Origin: Octopus sinensis
Lineage: Eukaryota
DNA: 64,000 nt
Assembly (NCBI RefSeq): GCF_006345805.1
Contig: NC_042997.1
Span: 133,672,001 to 133,736,000, forward strand
Direction: 5' to 3'
In this document: piece after piece, positions 25,121 to 39,045 of the stretch
How the letters are laid out: each line of letters begins with the position of its first letter
Numbering within the stretch: position 1 is the first letter of the stretch
Program-made: the position numbers and the translations under genes
Notes under the pieces: generated by a model
The model's input: the letters and a program-made list of their open reading frames with translations, nothing else
Databases searched by the model: none
What the model was told of the DNA's origin: nothing

Positions 25121-26356
25121 AGTAGTAGGCATCTGTCGGTCTTGAGAGGCCATGGATTTGCGCCCGAAGAAATCGTGTCAGCTGCTGATGGTGGTGAAGC
25201 GTTTGTTGTGGTTGTAGAGGCCCACACGGGAGTGGCAACCACGCATACAGCGGCTATATTTAAAGGAGCTCTTTGCTGGCGCTACTGGTTTTTCCTTCTG
25301 TCGAAAACGTTCTTCTTTGGAGGTGAGTTCCTGTTTTTCTTCCCCTCCTTTCATCTCTTTTCGCAGTACTTATCTCCAGCGTAGGCGATCATTTGCGAAA
25401 TCCTCCCATCTCAGGACATCCAGATAAAGCGATTTCATACCTCACTTGCAGACGCCCTTGAAACGAAGATGAGGTCGTCTTTGTGCTCTTTTACCCGTGG
25501 CCAATTCTCCATACAGGAGGTCTTTTAGGATCCTCCTATCGGGCATGCAATGTACATAACCGAGCCTGCGCCGATGGCGCTGATGGAGCAGAGAGAGTAT
25601 GCTGGGTGCCATGGCTCGGTTGAGGACTTCGGTGTTGGTGATGTGGTCGGTCCACTTGATATCCAACTTGTGTCTCAAATTACGAAGGTGGAAGATGTTG
25701 AGACGCTGCTCCTGTTTGGAGTAGAGGCTTCACATCTCACTGTCGTAAAGTAGCGTCCTACGGACCCACGCCGGATAGACAGCAAGCTTGGTGTTTGCGG
25801 CCGGTTTTCTGCTTTCCCAGACTCTCTTTGTGGGCCTGGAAAATATAGAGGATGCTTGTCTGATTCGCCTGTTGATCTTAGGGTCCCCTGGAGAGGTCAT
25901 CAGCGATTGTAGACCCAGGATAAGTGATTTGATGGACTACATCTAGCTTTTTGATGGCGATGGGGAGGGGCGTACTTGACACTTTGACCCATTACTTGGG
26001 TCTTCTTCAGACTGATAGTCAGGCTGAACTCCTGACAGGCCTGTGAGAACTTGTTCACGAGGTGCTGCATTTGCTCTTTAGAGCGTGCTATCAGTGTTGT
26101 GTCGTCCGCGAACAACATATATCTGATGAGTACCTGGCGTACCTTGGATTTTGTCTTCAGCTTCGACAGACTAAACAATTTACCGTCTTGTCTACTGTGA
26201 AGGTAAACACCATCTGTTGATGTCCCAAATGCATGTCTCAACATGACTGCAAAGAAGATGCCAAAAAGGGTGGGGTCAAGCACACAGCCCTGCTTCACGA
26301 CACCAAATATTTTGAATGCCTCCGAAGAAGAGCCGTCCAGCTGAACGACGCCTTTC
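25121..26356 (-). mobile_element. 5'-truncated RTE/BovB-like LINE (RT domains to 3' end), degenerate
   Basis: VKQGCVLDPTLFGIFF, MLFADD, SLTISLKKT, LLYGELATGKR; 3' end gaccgacagatgcctactact. Confidence 0.93.
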
Positions 26357-26504
26357 GTATTGGCAAGAAAGTATTAGACAATCCTGAAGAGTCTTGGAGG
26401 ATAGCCAATTTTAGCAAGGATTTTGAACACACACAAAGATATGTATGCATATATATGTGTGTGTATGTGTATGTGTGTGTCTGTGTGTGTATAAATATAT
26501 GTGT

Positions 26505-26760
26505 GGAGGCACCTGGCTTAGTGGTTAGGATGTCAACATCATGCTCGTAAGATTGTGGTTTCGATTCCTGGACCAGGCGACGCGTTGTGCTCTTGAGCAA
26601 AACACTTCATTTCACGTTGCTCCAGTCCATTCAGCTGGCAAAAATGAGTAACGCTGCGATGGACTAGCGTCCCGTCCAGCTGGGGAACACATACGCCATA
26701 GAAACCGGGAAACCGGGCCCATGAGCTTGGCTAGGCTTTAAAAGGGCGCATTTATTAATT
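26505..26760 (+). mobile_element. SINE family D, full length
   Basis: tRNA-like head with B-box gtttcgattcc; 3' block shared with SINE-C at 14900-15020. Confidence 0.88.
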
Positions 26761-26949
26761 TTTTTGTGTGTAAATAAATGGATATCTACATATGCATATC
26801 TATATCTATATCTATCTATCTTTCTATTTAAAAACACATACATATCTATGAGTGTCTGCGTGTCATTGTGTTTGGGTTTTCTTCACCACCACCGCTTGAA
26901 AACTGGTGTTGGTATGTTTTCATACCCGTAACTTAGCGGTTCAGAAAAA

Positions 26950-26991
26950 GATAGATAAATAGATAGTCAGACAGACAATAGATAGATAGAT

Positions 26992-27047
<56 letters not shown>

Positions 27048-27199
27048 GTAGGTAGGTAGGTAGGTAGGTAGGTAGGTAGGTAGGTATGTAGGCAGGTAGG
27101 TAGGTAGGTAGATCCATACATACATACATACATACATACATACATACATACATACATACATACATCATACATACGTACGTACGTACATACATACATACA

Positions 27200-27233
<34 letters not shown>

Positions 27234-27251
27234 GACAAACAAATATATATG

Positions 27252-27337
<86 letters not shown>

Positions 27338-27340
27338 TCT
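26950..27340. repeat. (TAGA)n-(TAGG)n-(CATA)n-(TAGA)n compound repeat
   Basis: Seen directly. Confidence 0.95.
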
Positions 27341-27552
27341 TGTAACTTATAAAACTGTAAGAGCACGTTGGGCTATATTTTAGGAATAGAACTGAGTTGG
27401 TGTGAGTTGGATGCGGCTAAAGGAAGAGGGGGAAAAAGGGAAAAGTTAAATCGATAAAGGAACATTGAATTTGACAAGTAGTGGCAGAAAGATGGTGGAG
27501 ATGATAAAAATTACGAAGCTGATGGACGATAAATACATAACACGAGCTTACA

Positions 27553-27584
<32 letters not shown>

Positions 27585-27699
27585 CAATAACAACGCCAAC
27601 TACAATTTAAGAAGAAGGATATAAGCGTGATAAGCTGTTGGAAGCTGGCGGTAAGGAAACTGGCTTACATATCCAAATATGCACGTGTATGTATGTATA

Positions 27700-27740
<41 letters not shown>

Positions 27741-27913
27741 TATATATATACATATATACATATTTATACATATTTATAATATATATGCATATTTATATAT
27801 ATACATATATATATACATCGTATATATCTACATATATACTTATGTATATATATGTATAAATATATGTATAGATATGTATGTGTCTGAATATATATATATA
27901 TATATATATATAT

Positions 27914-28110
27914 GTGACCTCGTGTGTACCGTTGGCGATTTTTTTTCCTCTGCCTTCCCTTCTCTGGATCTTTCCTTCTCCTATGTTTCCGACGAAGAGC
28001 TCCGCTCGAAACGCTAAACCCTCCTTCTTCCCTTCCTCCCTGAGCGTCCAATAATACTATATTTGTTCCATGTCCTCGCGTTGTTGTTTGTTTTTTTTTT
28101 TTGTGATGTC
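27914..28110 (+). mobile_element. Penelope-like terminal-repeat fragment
   Basis: Contains a minimal hammerhead-like motif at 27985-28019 in pyrimidine-rich sequence; class inferred from that motif. Confidence 0.55.
27985..28019 (+). ncRNA. Degenerate minimal type I hammerhead ribozyme motif
   Basis: gttt-ccgacga-a-gagc(tcc)gctc-gaaa-cgct-aaac; stems I and II pair perfectly, with two core substitutions. Confidence 0.6.
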
Positions 28111-28137
28111 TTGTTTGGATTAACTTTATATATATAT

Positions 28138-28206
<69 letters not shown>

Positions 28207-28254
28207 TGTATGTATGTATGTATGTATGTATGTATGCGTGTGTGTATATATATA

Positions 28255-28790
28255 TGGTGGCTGCTCCCTCGTTATCGAGTATGGCCATTGCGCGAAGCTT
28301 AATCAATGTTGTTATCGTGCAATGCCTGTGCAAGAAGATTTTTTTTTAAGTGAGAAAAGGTTGTGCACTGAGTCAATCCCACTCACTAAGCAACAGCAGC
28401 CATAATCCGAAAAGAAGAACTAGTCAACATCATCGGTAACCACTGAGCCGCAGCTTTTATGCCGGAGTTATCCCAGTTACCTGAGTTACCTTCTCCTAGA
28501 AGGATGCCCTAACAAAGGCTAAGAGTCCTTCACTCCCAATGGTTTAACCGCGCGATCGGGTATTCAGTCCGATTATTTCTATGTCCCCGCGCATGATACA
28601 GCCTTAAGACATTTATTGGATGGCCGTTGACTCTCAAGAGTTCCTCCGCCCTTTGACGGGTTTGTTTTTCATTCCGCAGGGGTCAATAAACACCCTCCTC
28701 ACCAAGCAAGTTTGGTGGGGTGCCGGATTAGTCGCCGACGACCCAACCATGCAACAGGTGTGCTGGGTTACAAATTACCAGTAGCACTCG
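28255..28790 (-). mobile_element. Probable RTE-clade LINE 5' UTR plus start of the endonuclease
   Basis: Minus strand reads ...VHNL...LLAQALHDNNID*...TR*RGS, resembling the APE N-terminus (NVRTL...IDI...ETRW.G); the upstream part resembles RTE 5' UTRs as I recall them. Confidence 0.5.
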
Positions 28791-28809
28791 AAAGTGACCT
28801 GACATATGT

Positions 28810-29000
28810 ATGATCGTGTTCTGCCCTTACCTTCGAAACACGCATTGAGTCGAACCAGGGGCAGCTGATGAAGGGGAATGTTCCTTGTATTGTTTGTCTT
28901 GTACTTTGTTTTTTCGTTGTTAAAAAAGTCCGTTCCTTGTTGTTTTTTATGTTTTCGTTTGTTGTTGTGTTCTACGTTTATTTGTGGTGTCCTGTACACC
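28810..29000 (+). mobile_element. Penelope-like fragment, same family as 15935-16343
   Basis: Direct alignment between the two copies. Confidence 0.55.
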
Positions 29001-29559
29001 ACACATACATATCTATATATATAATATATATAATATTATATATATGCATATATATATATCATATAGATGTACGTATGTACATATGTGGTATGTATGTATG
29101 TATGTATTGCAAGCATGTTTCATTCCTTAAATTGTATTATATATATATGCATATGATATATATAATATATATATATAATATATAATATATATATATATAT
29201 CTATATATGTACGTACATACATACATACATACATACATACATACATACATCATACATACATACATACATACATACATACATACATACATACATACATACA
29301 CACTCACACGCACACATACACACAAAGGTCGGGCTTCTCAGAAAAACTAAATCATCTAGCTAGCATGCACGTTATAAATACAATCTATAAAGCGGAAGCA
29401 CATATGCATATAATATTAATATGAATGGGGAATGTTTACTTCCAAGTTCCGCCGTTAAAAGTGGCTTCTCGAGGCATGTTTAGTGTGTTCACTGCATAAA
29501 CCTGTTAAACTAGCATGTTTATCCATCCATCCATCCATCATCCATCCATCCATCCATCC

Positions 29560-29663
<104 letters not shown>

Positions 29664-30104
29664 GTTCATCTATCTCCGAGTGTCTGTGTATGTATGAATG
29701 TATGTACATATATATATATATATATACACATACATATACACACACTGTTGACGAGTTAAAGTATAATTAAGATTCAGTTGAATTAGGTACTTAAATTGAG
29801 GCACCAAGCCAGATCGGTATAGTCTGCGCAACTCGAAGTTAGGTGAACAAAATGTAAATAAGTAACAAGGATGTCCAGGTAGCAATGCATTACGACCGTT
29901 TCCAGCGGTTCCATTTGATCGATCAATGGAAACATTACATCAATTTGAAAGAAACCACTCTCCTCAGACGTAGACGACCATATAGATTTCCAACATACAG
30001 GATAAACCATTTTTAACAAATTTATATCAGTACTAGAAACCAAAATAATTGCATTGTTTCCTTATGTTATATTTGTGGCATATATACATATATATGATTG
30101 AGAC

Positions 30105-30737
30105 CAAAAAACTATGTTGACCCTGTGGAGAACCTTTGTTCTCAGTCACCTGGACTACTGCTCCTTGTTATGATCACCCAAGATAACAGCAGAGCTTGAA
30201 GCAGTCCGACGCCATTACAGGATAGGCTGAGAAAACTGGGACTTTGCTCCCTGGAACGAAAGCGCGAGAGCTATACAATAATCTACATATGGAAAACTCT
30301 AGAAGGGATAGTACCTAATTTCGGTTTTGAGTGTTATACAAATGCCAGAACTGGTCGCCATTCTATTGTACCAAAGGTACCATACACTCCATCTAAATTC
30401 AAGACCAGGTACTGCAATAGTGTAGCGTTCAAAGGTCCACAGCTCTTCAATGCCCTGCCGCAAAAATTAAGAAATCTGCGTAAGATGGAAGGAGATGTCT
30501 TCAAAAAAAAAAAGGCAAAAAACCTAGACATCTTCAACTCCACAATACCGGATGGACCAACAGCCCGACATGAGGTGCAGACGAGGGCAGCAGAATCAAA
30601 CTCCCTTATACACCAAATGGGCCAACAGCTGGGACAAAGACACATACAGGAGTGGTAATGTGAAACACCCCAGACTGAGGAAATCAGAAAGACGACGGTG
30701 GTGCTCCATCATGAATCAGACACGAGTAAAGGAGTAT
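30105..30737 (+). mobile_element. 5'-truncated CR1-clade LINE (ORF2 C-terminus plus 3' tail); this strand is absent from the ORF track
   Basis: LWRTFVLSHLDYCS; DRLRKLGLCSLERKRE; FKGPQLFNALPQKLRN; TRAAESNSL. Confidence 0.88.
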
Positions 30738-30744
30738 ACACACA

Positions 30745-30775
<31 letters not shown>

Positions 30776-30840
30776 CCACACACACATATTATATTATATA
30801 TATATAATATATATATATTATAATATATATATATATATAA

Positions 30841-30965
30841 AGGCAAAGGATTAGAAATTCGATCAAAAGGGATCGTTAAAAAAAAAGCCGATGAGTAGGG
30901 ATTGTGTATCACAGAAATGTCATAGTGTGAAAAGGGGAAAGAGATTAGGTTTATCCGTGAAAAGC
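30841..30965 (-). mobile_element. Second short copy of the Tx1-like LINE 3' UTR
   Basis: Nearly identical to 31400-31525 (gattagaaattcgatcaaaagggatcg...ggtttatccgtg). Confidence 0.85.
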
Positions 30966-31157
30966 TGTGTCGTTCTTATTCCAAATAAAAAACAAATCAA
31001 TTTATAAATGTTTAAAACATTTATGTATGAATATTGTGATAGTATCGAGTATTTTTTGCAAAAACTCTAAAATTGTGGTGTGTGTGTGTGTTGTGTGTGC
31101 GTGTGTGTGTGTGAGCGCGTGCTCATGCGTGTGCGTGTGTGTGTGCATATATGTGTG

Positions 31158-31189
<32 letters not shown>

Positions 31190-31312
31190 TGTATGTATGT
31201 ATGTATGTATGTATTTATGTATGTATGTATGGACATATGTATGTGTGTATACAGGGATAGGAAGATATACAAATAGACAGTTAGTCAAACAAATGGACGG
31301 ATAGATAGATAT

Positions 31313-33210
31313 GTTTCTTTATTGGCCACACAGGGCTCAACATAGAGGGGACAAAATACAAAGTAGAGCTTTTGTTTTGGGGAAGAGAAGGAAAAAAAAG
31401 GCAAAGGGAGATTAGAAATTCGATCAAAAGGGATCGTTAACAAAAAAGCCGATGAGTAGGGATTGTGTATCACAGAAATGTCATAGTGTAAAAAGAGGAA
31501 AGAGATTAGGTTTATCCGTGGAAAGAAAAGCCTACGGAAAAGACTACGGTAACCTCGAGCAATAATATCATGCAAAATAAAAACGCATTACAGTAAGTGA
31601 CTCTCTTTTTTCTCTTCTTTTTTGGTGGGGGGGGGGTCATAGGATTATGCTCAAGGTGGCTTCGTCATTCATACGTGCCATCCTTGCTACATTCACCCAT
31701 CTTTTTTTGAAACATTCACTAGACAGAACTTCCCTCTCTACTCTCACCTTCCTCTTCAAGTGATACTTGAAGAAGTTGATGAGAGATTCACCAGAGAGGA
31801 AAGTGCTTGCCTCTAGACCTTTCAGACGCGTCCACCATACACATTCTTTCGCCATAGCCACAAGTACGATGACAATGGCTCTTCCTTCTCGTGTCAAGGA
31901 AGGAGGCGCGACAATATTCACAATAGACTCGGTTGGTAAACTGACTCGTCCCACACGCGATAGCAGTCGTTCGACATAGGCCCATTGGTCGAAAATGGTT
32001 GAACACTGTACGAGTGCGTGCAGAACGGTTTTGTCGATCTGACCTCATCTCGGGCATGTCAGCCCCGTGTTTCTCGAGTCATGCCTGTGGAGATTATTCC
32101 GAACGGGTAGCGCTTCTCAATAGCACTGCCAAGCCAGGGATCTCTGGAAGTTGTCCATAGGTCCATAGGTCGTCTTGAACATGTGGATCAGGTATTCCTC
32201 GTCGACGCCCAGGTTCGCCCCGAGATCGTCGTCGTACCTCCCCTCCACTAATCCCCTATAGAATGCTTTGGTTGTGTTGAAGTCGCTCAAGGTCGACCCG
32301 GGACGGCATAGTTGCTTGAGAGCAACGCGACACACGCGGTGCCATTCGCCCTTCCTCGGCCTCTTTTTGATCCACGACTGCAGTTCGGTCACGGAGACGA
32401 GCTGCGGGAAAGCGCGCCTCACAAATGGCGACTGCACCTGTTCACTGTCGTCTACGTAGAGCCGGAGATGTCGCACTCCCAGCGCGTGTCTGCGCATCAT
32501 CAACTACGGCATGCTCAGCGCGTGTTGACAGCAAATGGATCGCCTGACCATCGGAACGCATCCTTTCCACAAGAAGCGGAAGAGAATGCGTTCTAGTTTG
32601 GTGATGGTAGGGTCGGGACAAGGCACGACGGTCAGACCATATTAGAAGACGGACGCGATGTACGTGTTCGCCACCTCCGCCCGACCTTTTGGGGACAGCT
32701 TCCTCTCGGCCCATTGCTGGGCGAGAGTGACCACTCTACTCCTTATCTCGTTCCAGTTCTTCGTTTAGAGGTCCGGACCAAACCAGACCCCGAGCAACTT
32801 GACCAGACCGTCGGTCCAGCCTCCCACGACGGAGGCGCTGGTGAACGGCACGGGCTTGCTTCTCCAAGTGTCGAGCCGCAAATCCACTGACTTTTTCCGG
32901 TTGATTTTCGCTCCTGTTACCGCTTCGTAGTCTTTCAGTGCTTCGCCGACCAGCTCGATGTGCTCCTGGCTAGACGTTATGACGGTGACGTCGTCCGCGT
33001 ATGCAGACACGCTCGTACCGCATCCCAATTCTCGCGGGATGTCCCTCAGTGTCGCCAACTTCCGCAGTAGTGGCTCGAGAGTCAATACGTATAGAAGCGA
33101 CGAGAGGAAGCATCCCTGACGGACCGAAGTACAATGTCGAAAGGTCTCCATAGATATCCATTTACGCGAATTACCGAACGGATGCCTCTGTACAATGCAG
33201 CTATCCAGCC
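31313..33210 (-). mobile_element. 5'-truncated Tx1/L1-clade LINE, degenerate ORF2
   Basis: SVRQGCFLSSLLY, AYADDV, GAKINRKKS, VKLLGVWFG, and zinc finger CPR*GQIDKTVLHALVQC; stop at 31637, ~320-bp 3' UTR ending aataaagaaa. Confidence 0.92.
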
Positions 33211-33323
<113 letters not shown>

Positions 33324-34013
33324 GCCCCAGAACCCTAAGAGAGGTTTCGCAAGGTGCAACAACACGCATCAAGTATTCACTGGCCCATCATTGTTTCTCT
33401 CTGGCTCCCAGATAAATGCCCCAGCTAATCCGCGTCTTTTAGGTCCTAAGTACAAACGAAAATCTCTAATACGGATATAAACCCGGAGTTTCTCATTAGT
33501 TCTTTACAGACGTTCATGTTTTTTTCCAGTTTGTTTGAGATATTCATTACCATTAGATAACTAACTATTACAGTAGTGCATATTTCGTTTTCTTTCGCAT
33601 AGAATAACATCAAGCCAGTTGTGTTTGCATCGGGGTGCTGGTATTTATTGGATTGTTCCCCTAATGTGCTCTTTTCTTGGTGTCGATAGATTTTGGTTTG
33701 GTGTGCTTTCGGTATGACCATCGGAACAATCTTTCTTTCGGACAGTACTATAAAGTAGCTATATCGTTGTGTATATAAAAATGCTGAATATATGTAAATA
33801 AAATTGGCATAAACAAAAGATTCAATTACTTAGTACCGATCGGGTGTCACTGCGATTTCGGCACCATGTTATTTCTAATGGTGCCAGGAAATTGTAAGTG
33901 AAATATACATATGTCTGTGTGTGCCTGTGTGTGTGTGTTTGTATGTATGTGTGTATTATATTTTGTACATTATATATATATATTTATGCATATATATTAA
34001 ATATAGATATATA

Positions 34014-34417
34014 GGCGCAGGGGTGGCTGTGTGGTAAGTAGCTTGTTTACCAACCACATGGTTCCGGGTTCAGTCCCACCTGCGTGGCACCTTGGGTAAG
34101 TGTCTTCTACTGTAGCCTCAGGCCGACCAAAGCCTTGTGAGTGGATTTGGTAGACGGAAACTGAAAGAAGCCTGTCGTATATATGTATATATATATGTAT
34201 GTGTATGTGTGTGTGTTTGTGTTTGTCCCTCTAGCATCGCTTGACAACCGATACTGGTGTGTTTACGTCCCTGTCACTTAGCGGTTCGGCAAAAGAGACC
34301 GATAGAATAAGTACTGGGCTTACAAAGAATAAGTCCTGGGGTCGAGTTGCTCGATTAAAGGCGGTGCTCCAGCATGGCCGCAGTCAAATGACTGAAACAA
34401 GTAAAAGAGTAAAAGAG
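34014..34417 (+). mobile_element. SINE family A, full-length reference copy
   Basis: Head ggcgcaggggtggctgtgtggtaag, box-B-like ggttcagtccc, ccttgggtaagt, internal (TA)(TG) tract, tail gtaaaagagtaaaagag. Confidence 0.93.
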
Positions 34418-34579
34418 ATATATTAGATATATACATATATATGGGTATATTGGCTTCCTTCCCAAGCCAGCGGGTGCATTATTTGAAAGGTAAAAGAATT
34501 CAAAAGCGCATGGTGACCAGCGATGTATAACAACCTCCAATAGTCTGGTCTATCACGTGATCGCGTGATATGACTATAT

Positions 34580-34580
34580 T

Positions 34581-34623
<43 letters not shown>

Positions 34624-34803
34624 ATAGGTATCGAATGATATAAAAGTGTAATATAAAATGTCAGTGCAATATTCAAATTCTGTTAGCAGACTGGTAGTGT
34701 AAACTTTTTTCATTTAATCCCCTTGTAAACACATGACTAAGCGCAAGATGTATAGAGTACTTTCGTGATAGATTAAGTCAGTAAATATTTCACACACACA
34801 CAC

Positions 34804-34843
<40 letters not shown>

Positions 34844-35030
34844 ATAGGTATCGAATGATATAAAAGTGTAATATAAAATGTCAGTGCAATATTCAAATTC
34901 TGTTAGCAGACTGGTAGTGTAAACTTTTTTCATTTAATCCCCTTGTAAACACATGACTAAGCGCAAGATGTATAGAGTACTTTCGTGATAGATTAAGTCA
35001 GTAAATATCTTCACACACACACACACACAC
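34580..35030. repeat. 220-bp tandem duplication bounded by (CA)n(TA)n
   Basis: 34621-34790 is essentially identical to 34841-35011. Confidence 0.95.
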
Positions 35031-35382
35031 ACATACACAAACACGCACATACGCATGATATTGAACTAAAAGAAAATGGAGCATTTTCCTCAATTGCACT
35101 CTTTTAGCGAGTAATTGAATAATGCTATTGTATCGTGCCAGAGTTATATTAGCCATTTAAAGCCCATATGCACTTTTATATTCGGTTCCGTTTTCACAAG
35201 TATGCAACTGGTTAAAAATTGCTAAAATCTCTCTAGTATGATGCAATTTAACTAATGGAAATTTCGCCCAAGTTTTAAAAGCGGGAAAGTAGTCAAAACT
35301 GGAGAGTACTAGATATTAGAGGCGCTATGTCAAATCTAATGCAAAAAGTGGGGATAATTTTGTTTTATTAATAGGCATATGG

Positions 35383-35530
35383 GGGCAGGCGTGACTGTGT
35401 GACAAGAAATTTGTTTCCCAACCACATCGTTCCGGGTTCAGCCTTGGGCAAATGTCTTTTACTGTAGCTTCGAGCCAAAAGCCTTGAGAGTGGATTTGGT
35501 TGACGGAAACTGAAAGAAGCCAGTGGCATA
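35383..35530 (+). mobile_element. SINE-A 5' half
   Basis: ggcgtgactgtgtg...gacggaaactgaaagaagcc. Confidence 0.8.
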
Positions 35531-35553
35531 TATAAATACACCCCCTATATATA

Positions 35554-35595
<42 letters not shown>

Positions 35596-35598
35596 AGG

Positions 35599-35761
35599 AA
35601 ATAATTTTATTCTCAAACACAGGATAATGCTAATAATATAGCATGAACAGGATAAACTACCCACATTTTGCAGAAAAATGGATCGGTGTCATTTATCATA
35701 TATGGGGGGGGGGTTATCCTCTTCATGTTATATTATAATGCGTTTGAGAATAAAATTATTT
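35599..35761. mobile_element. Small MITE-like element
   Basis: Perfect 20-bp inverted repeat aaataattttattctcaaac / gtttgagaataaaattattt, extended inward by imperfect pairing. Confidence 0.65.
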
Positions 35762-35829
35762 CTCTATCTTTCAGTACATCTCAACGCTTCTAACCTTTGT
35801 TTACTTTCATTGTAATTTGAATTTAACGT

Positions 35830-38330
<2,501 letters not shown>

Positions 38331-38517
38331 GACAGCACAAGAGAAACAATCAGAAAGAAGAATTACTATAGAGAAAGAGTTGATCTATAAATCTGTGCAA
38401 TTTGGACTACTTCTAGCTGTAATAACATAGTTATGGCCACATTTTTCATTACTCTTTGTACAGCGCCTGTATATCAAACAGGGTCTGAGGATACTTATGT
38501 TAGTTTACATTGGTTAC

Positions 38518-38686
38518 AAGTTTGTAATATTTAATACGTCTGTATGCTGTGAGAACAAAAGTTTTTTTTTAACTATTTAGTAAAGTTTGTAATATTTGAC
38601 ACATCTGTATGCTGTGAGAACAGAAGTTTTTAAAAAATTATTTAGTAAAGTTTGTAATATTTGATCCGTTCATATGCCGTGAGAAT
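38518..38686. repeat. 65-bp minisatellite, ~2.6 copies
   Basis: aagtttgtaatattt starts at 38518, 38583 and 38648. Confidence 0.9.
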
Positions 38687-38918
38687 ACAAGTGTCATTTC
38701 TAAAAGTTTGTATGACGTCGGGAAGCAAGAATTATGATGTTTCAGACAGCTCAGTTTATCAGAAACAAAGTGTGTTTCGAATTTATCTGAACATATATGA
38801 GACTGAAGAATGTGATTAATGAGAGATAAAAAGAAAAAGATAGTGTACGTAAGGAGGAGATAACCAACTGAAAAGGGAATTAGAAGTAGGTCAGTGAACA
38901 ATGCGATATATGTGTATT

Positions 38919-39045
<127 letters not shown>

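Noticed and set aside
33446-33721. 91-aa non-repetitive ORF
   Set aside because: No recognisable motif; the length is within chance expectation.
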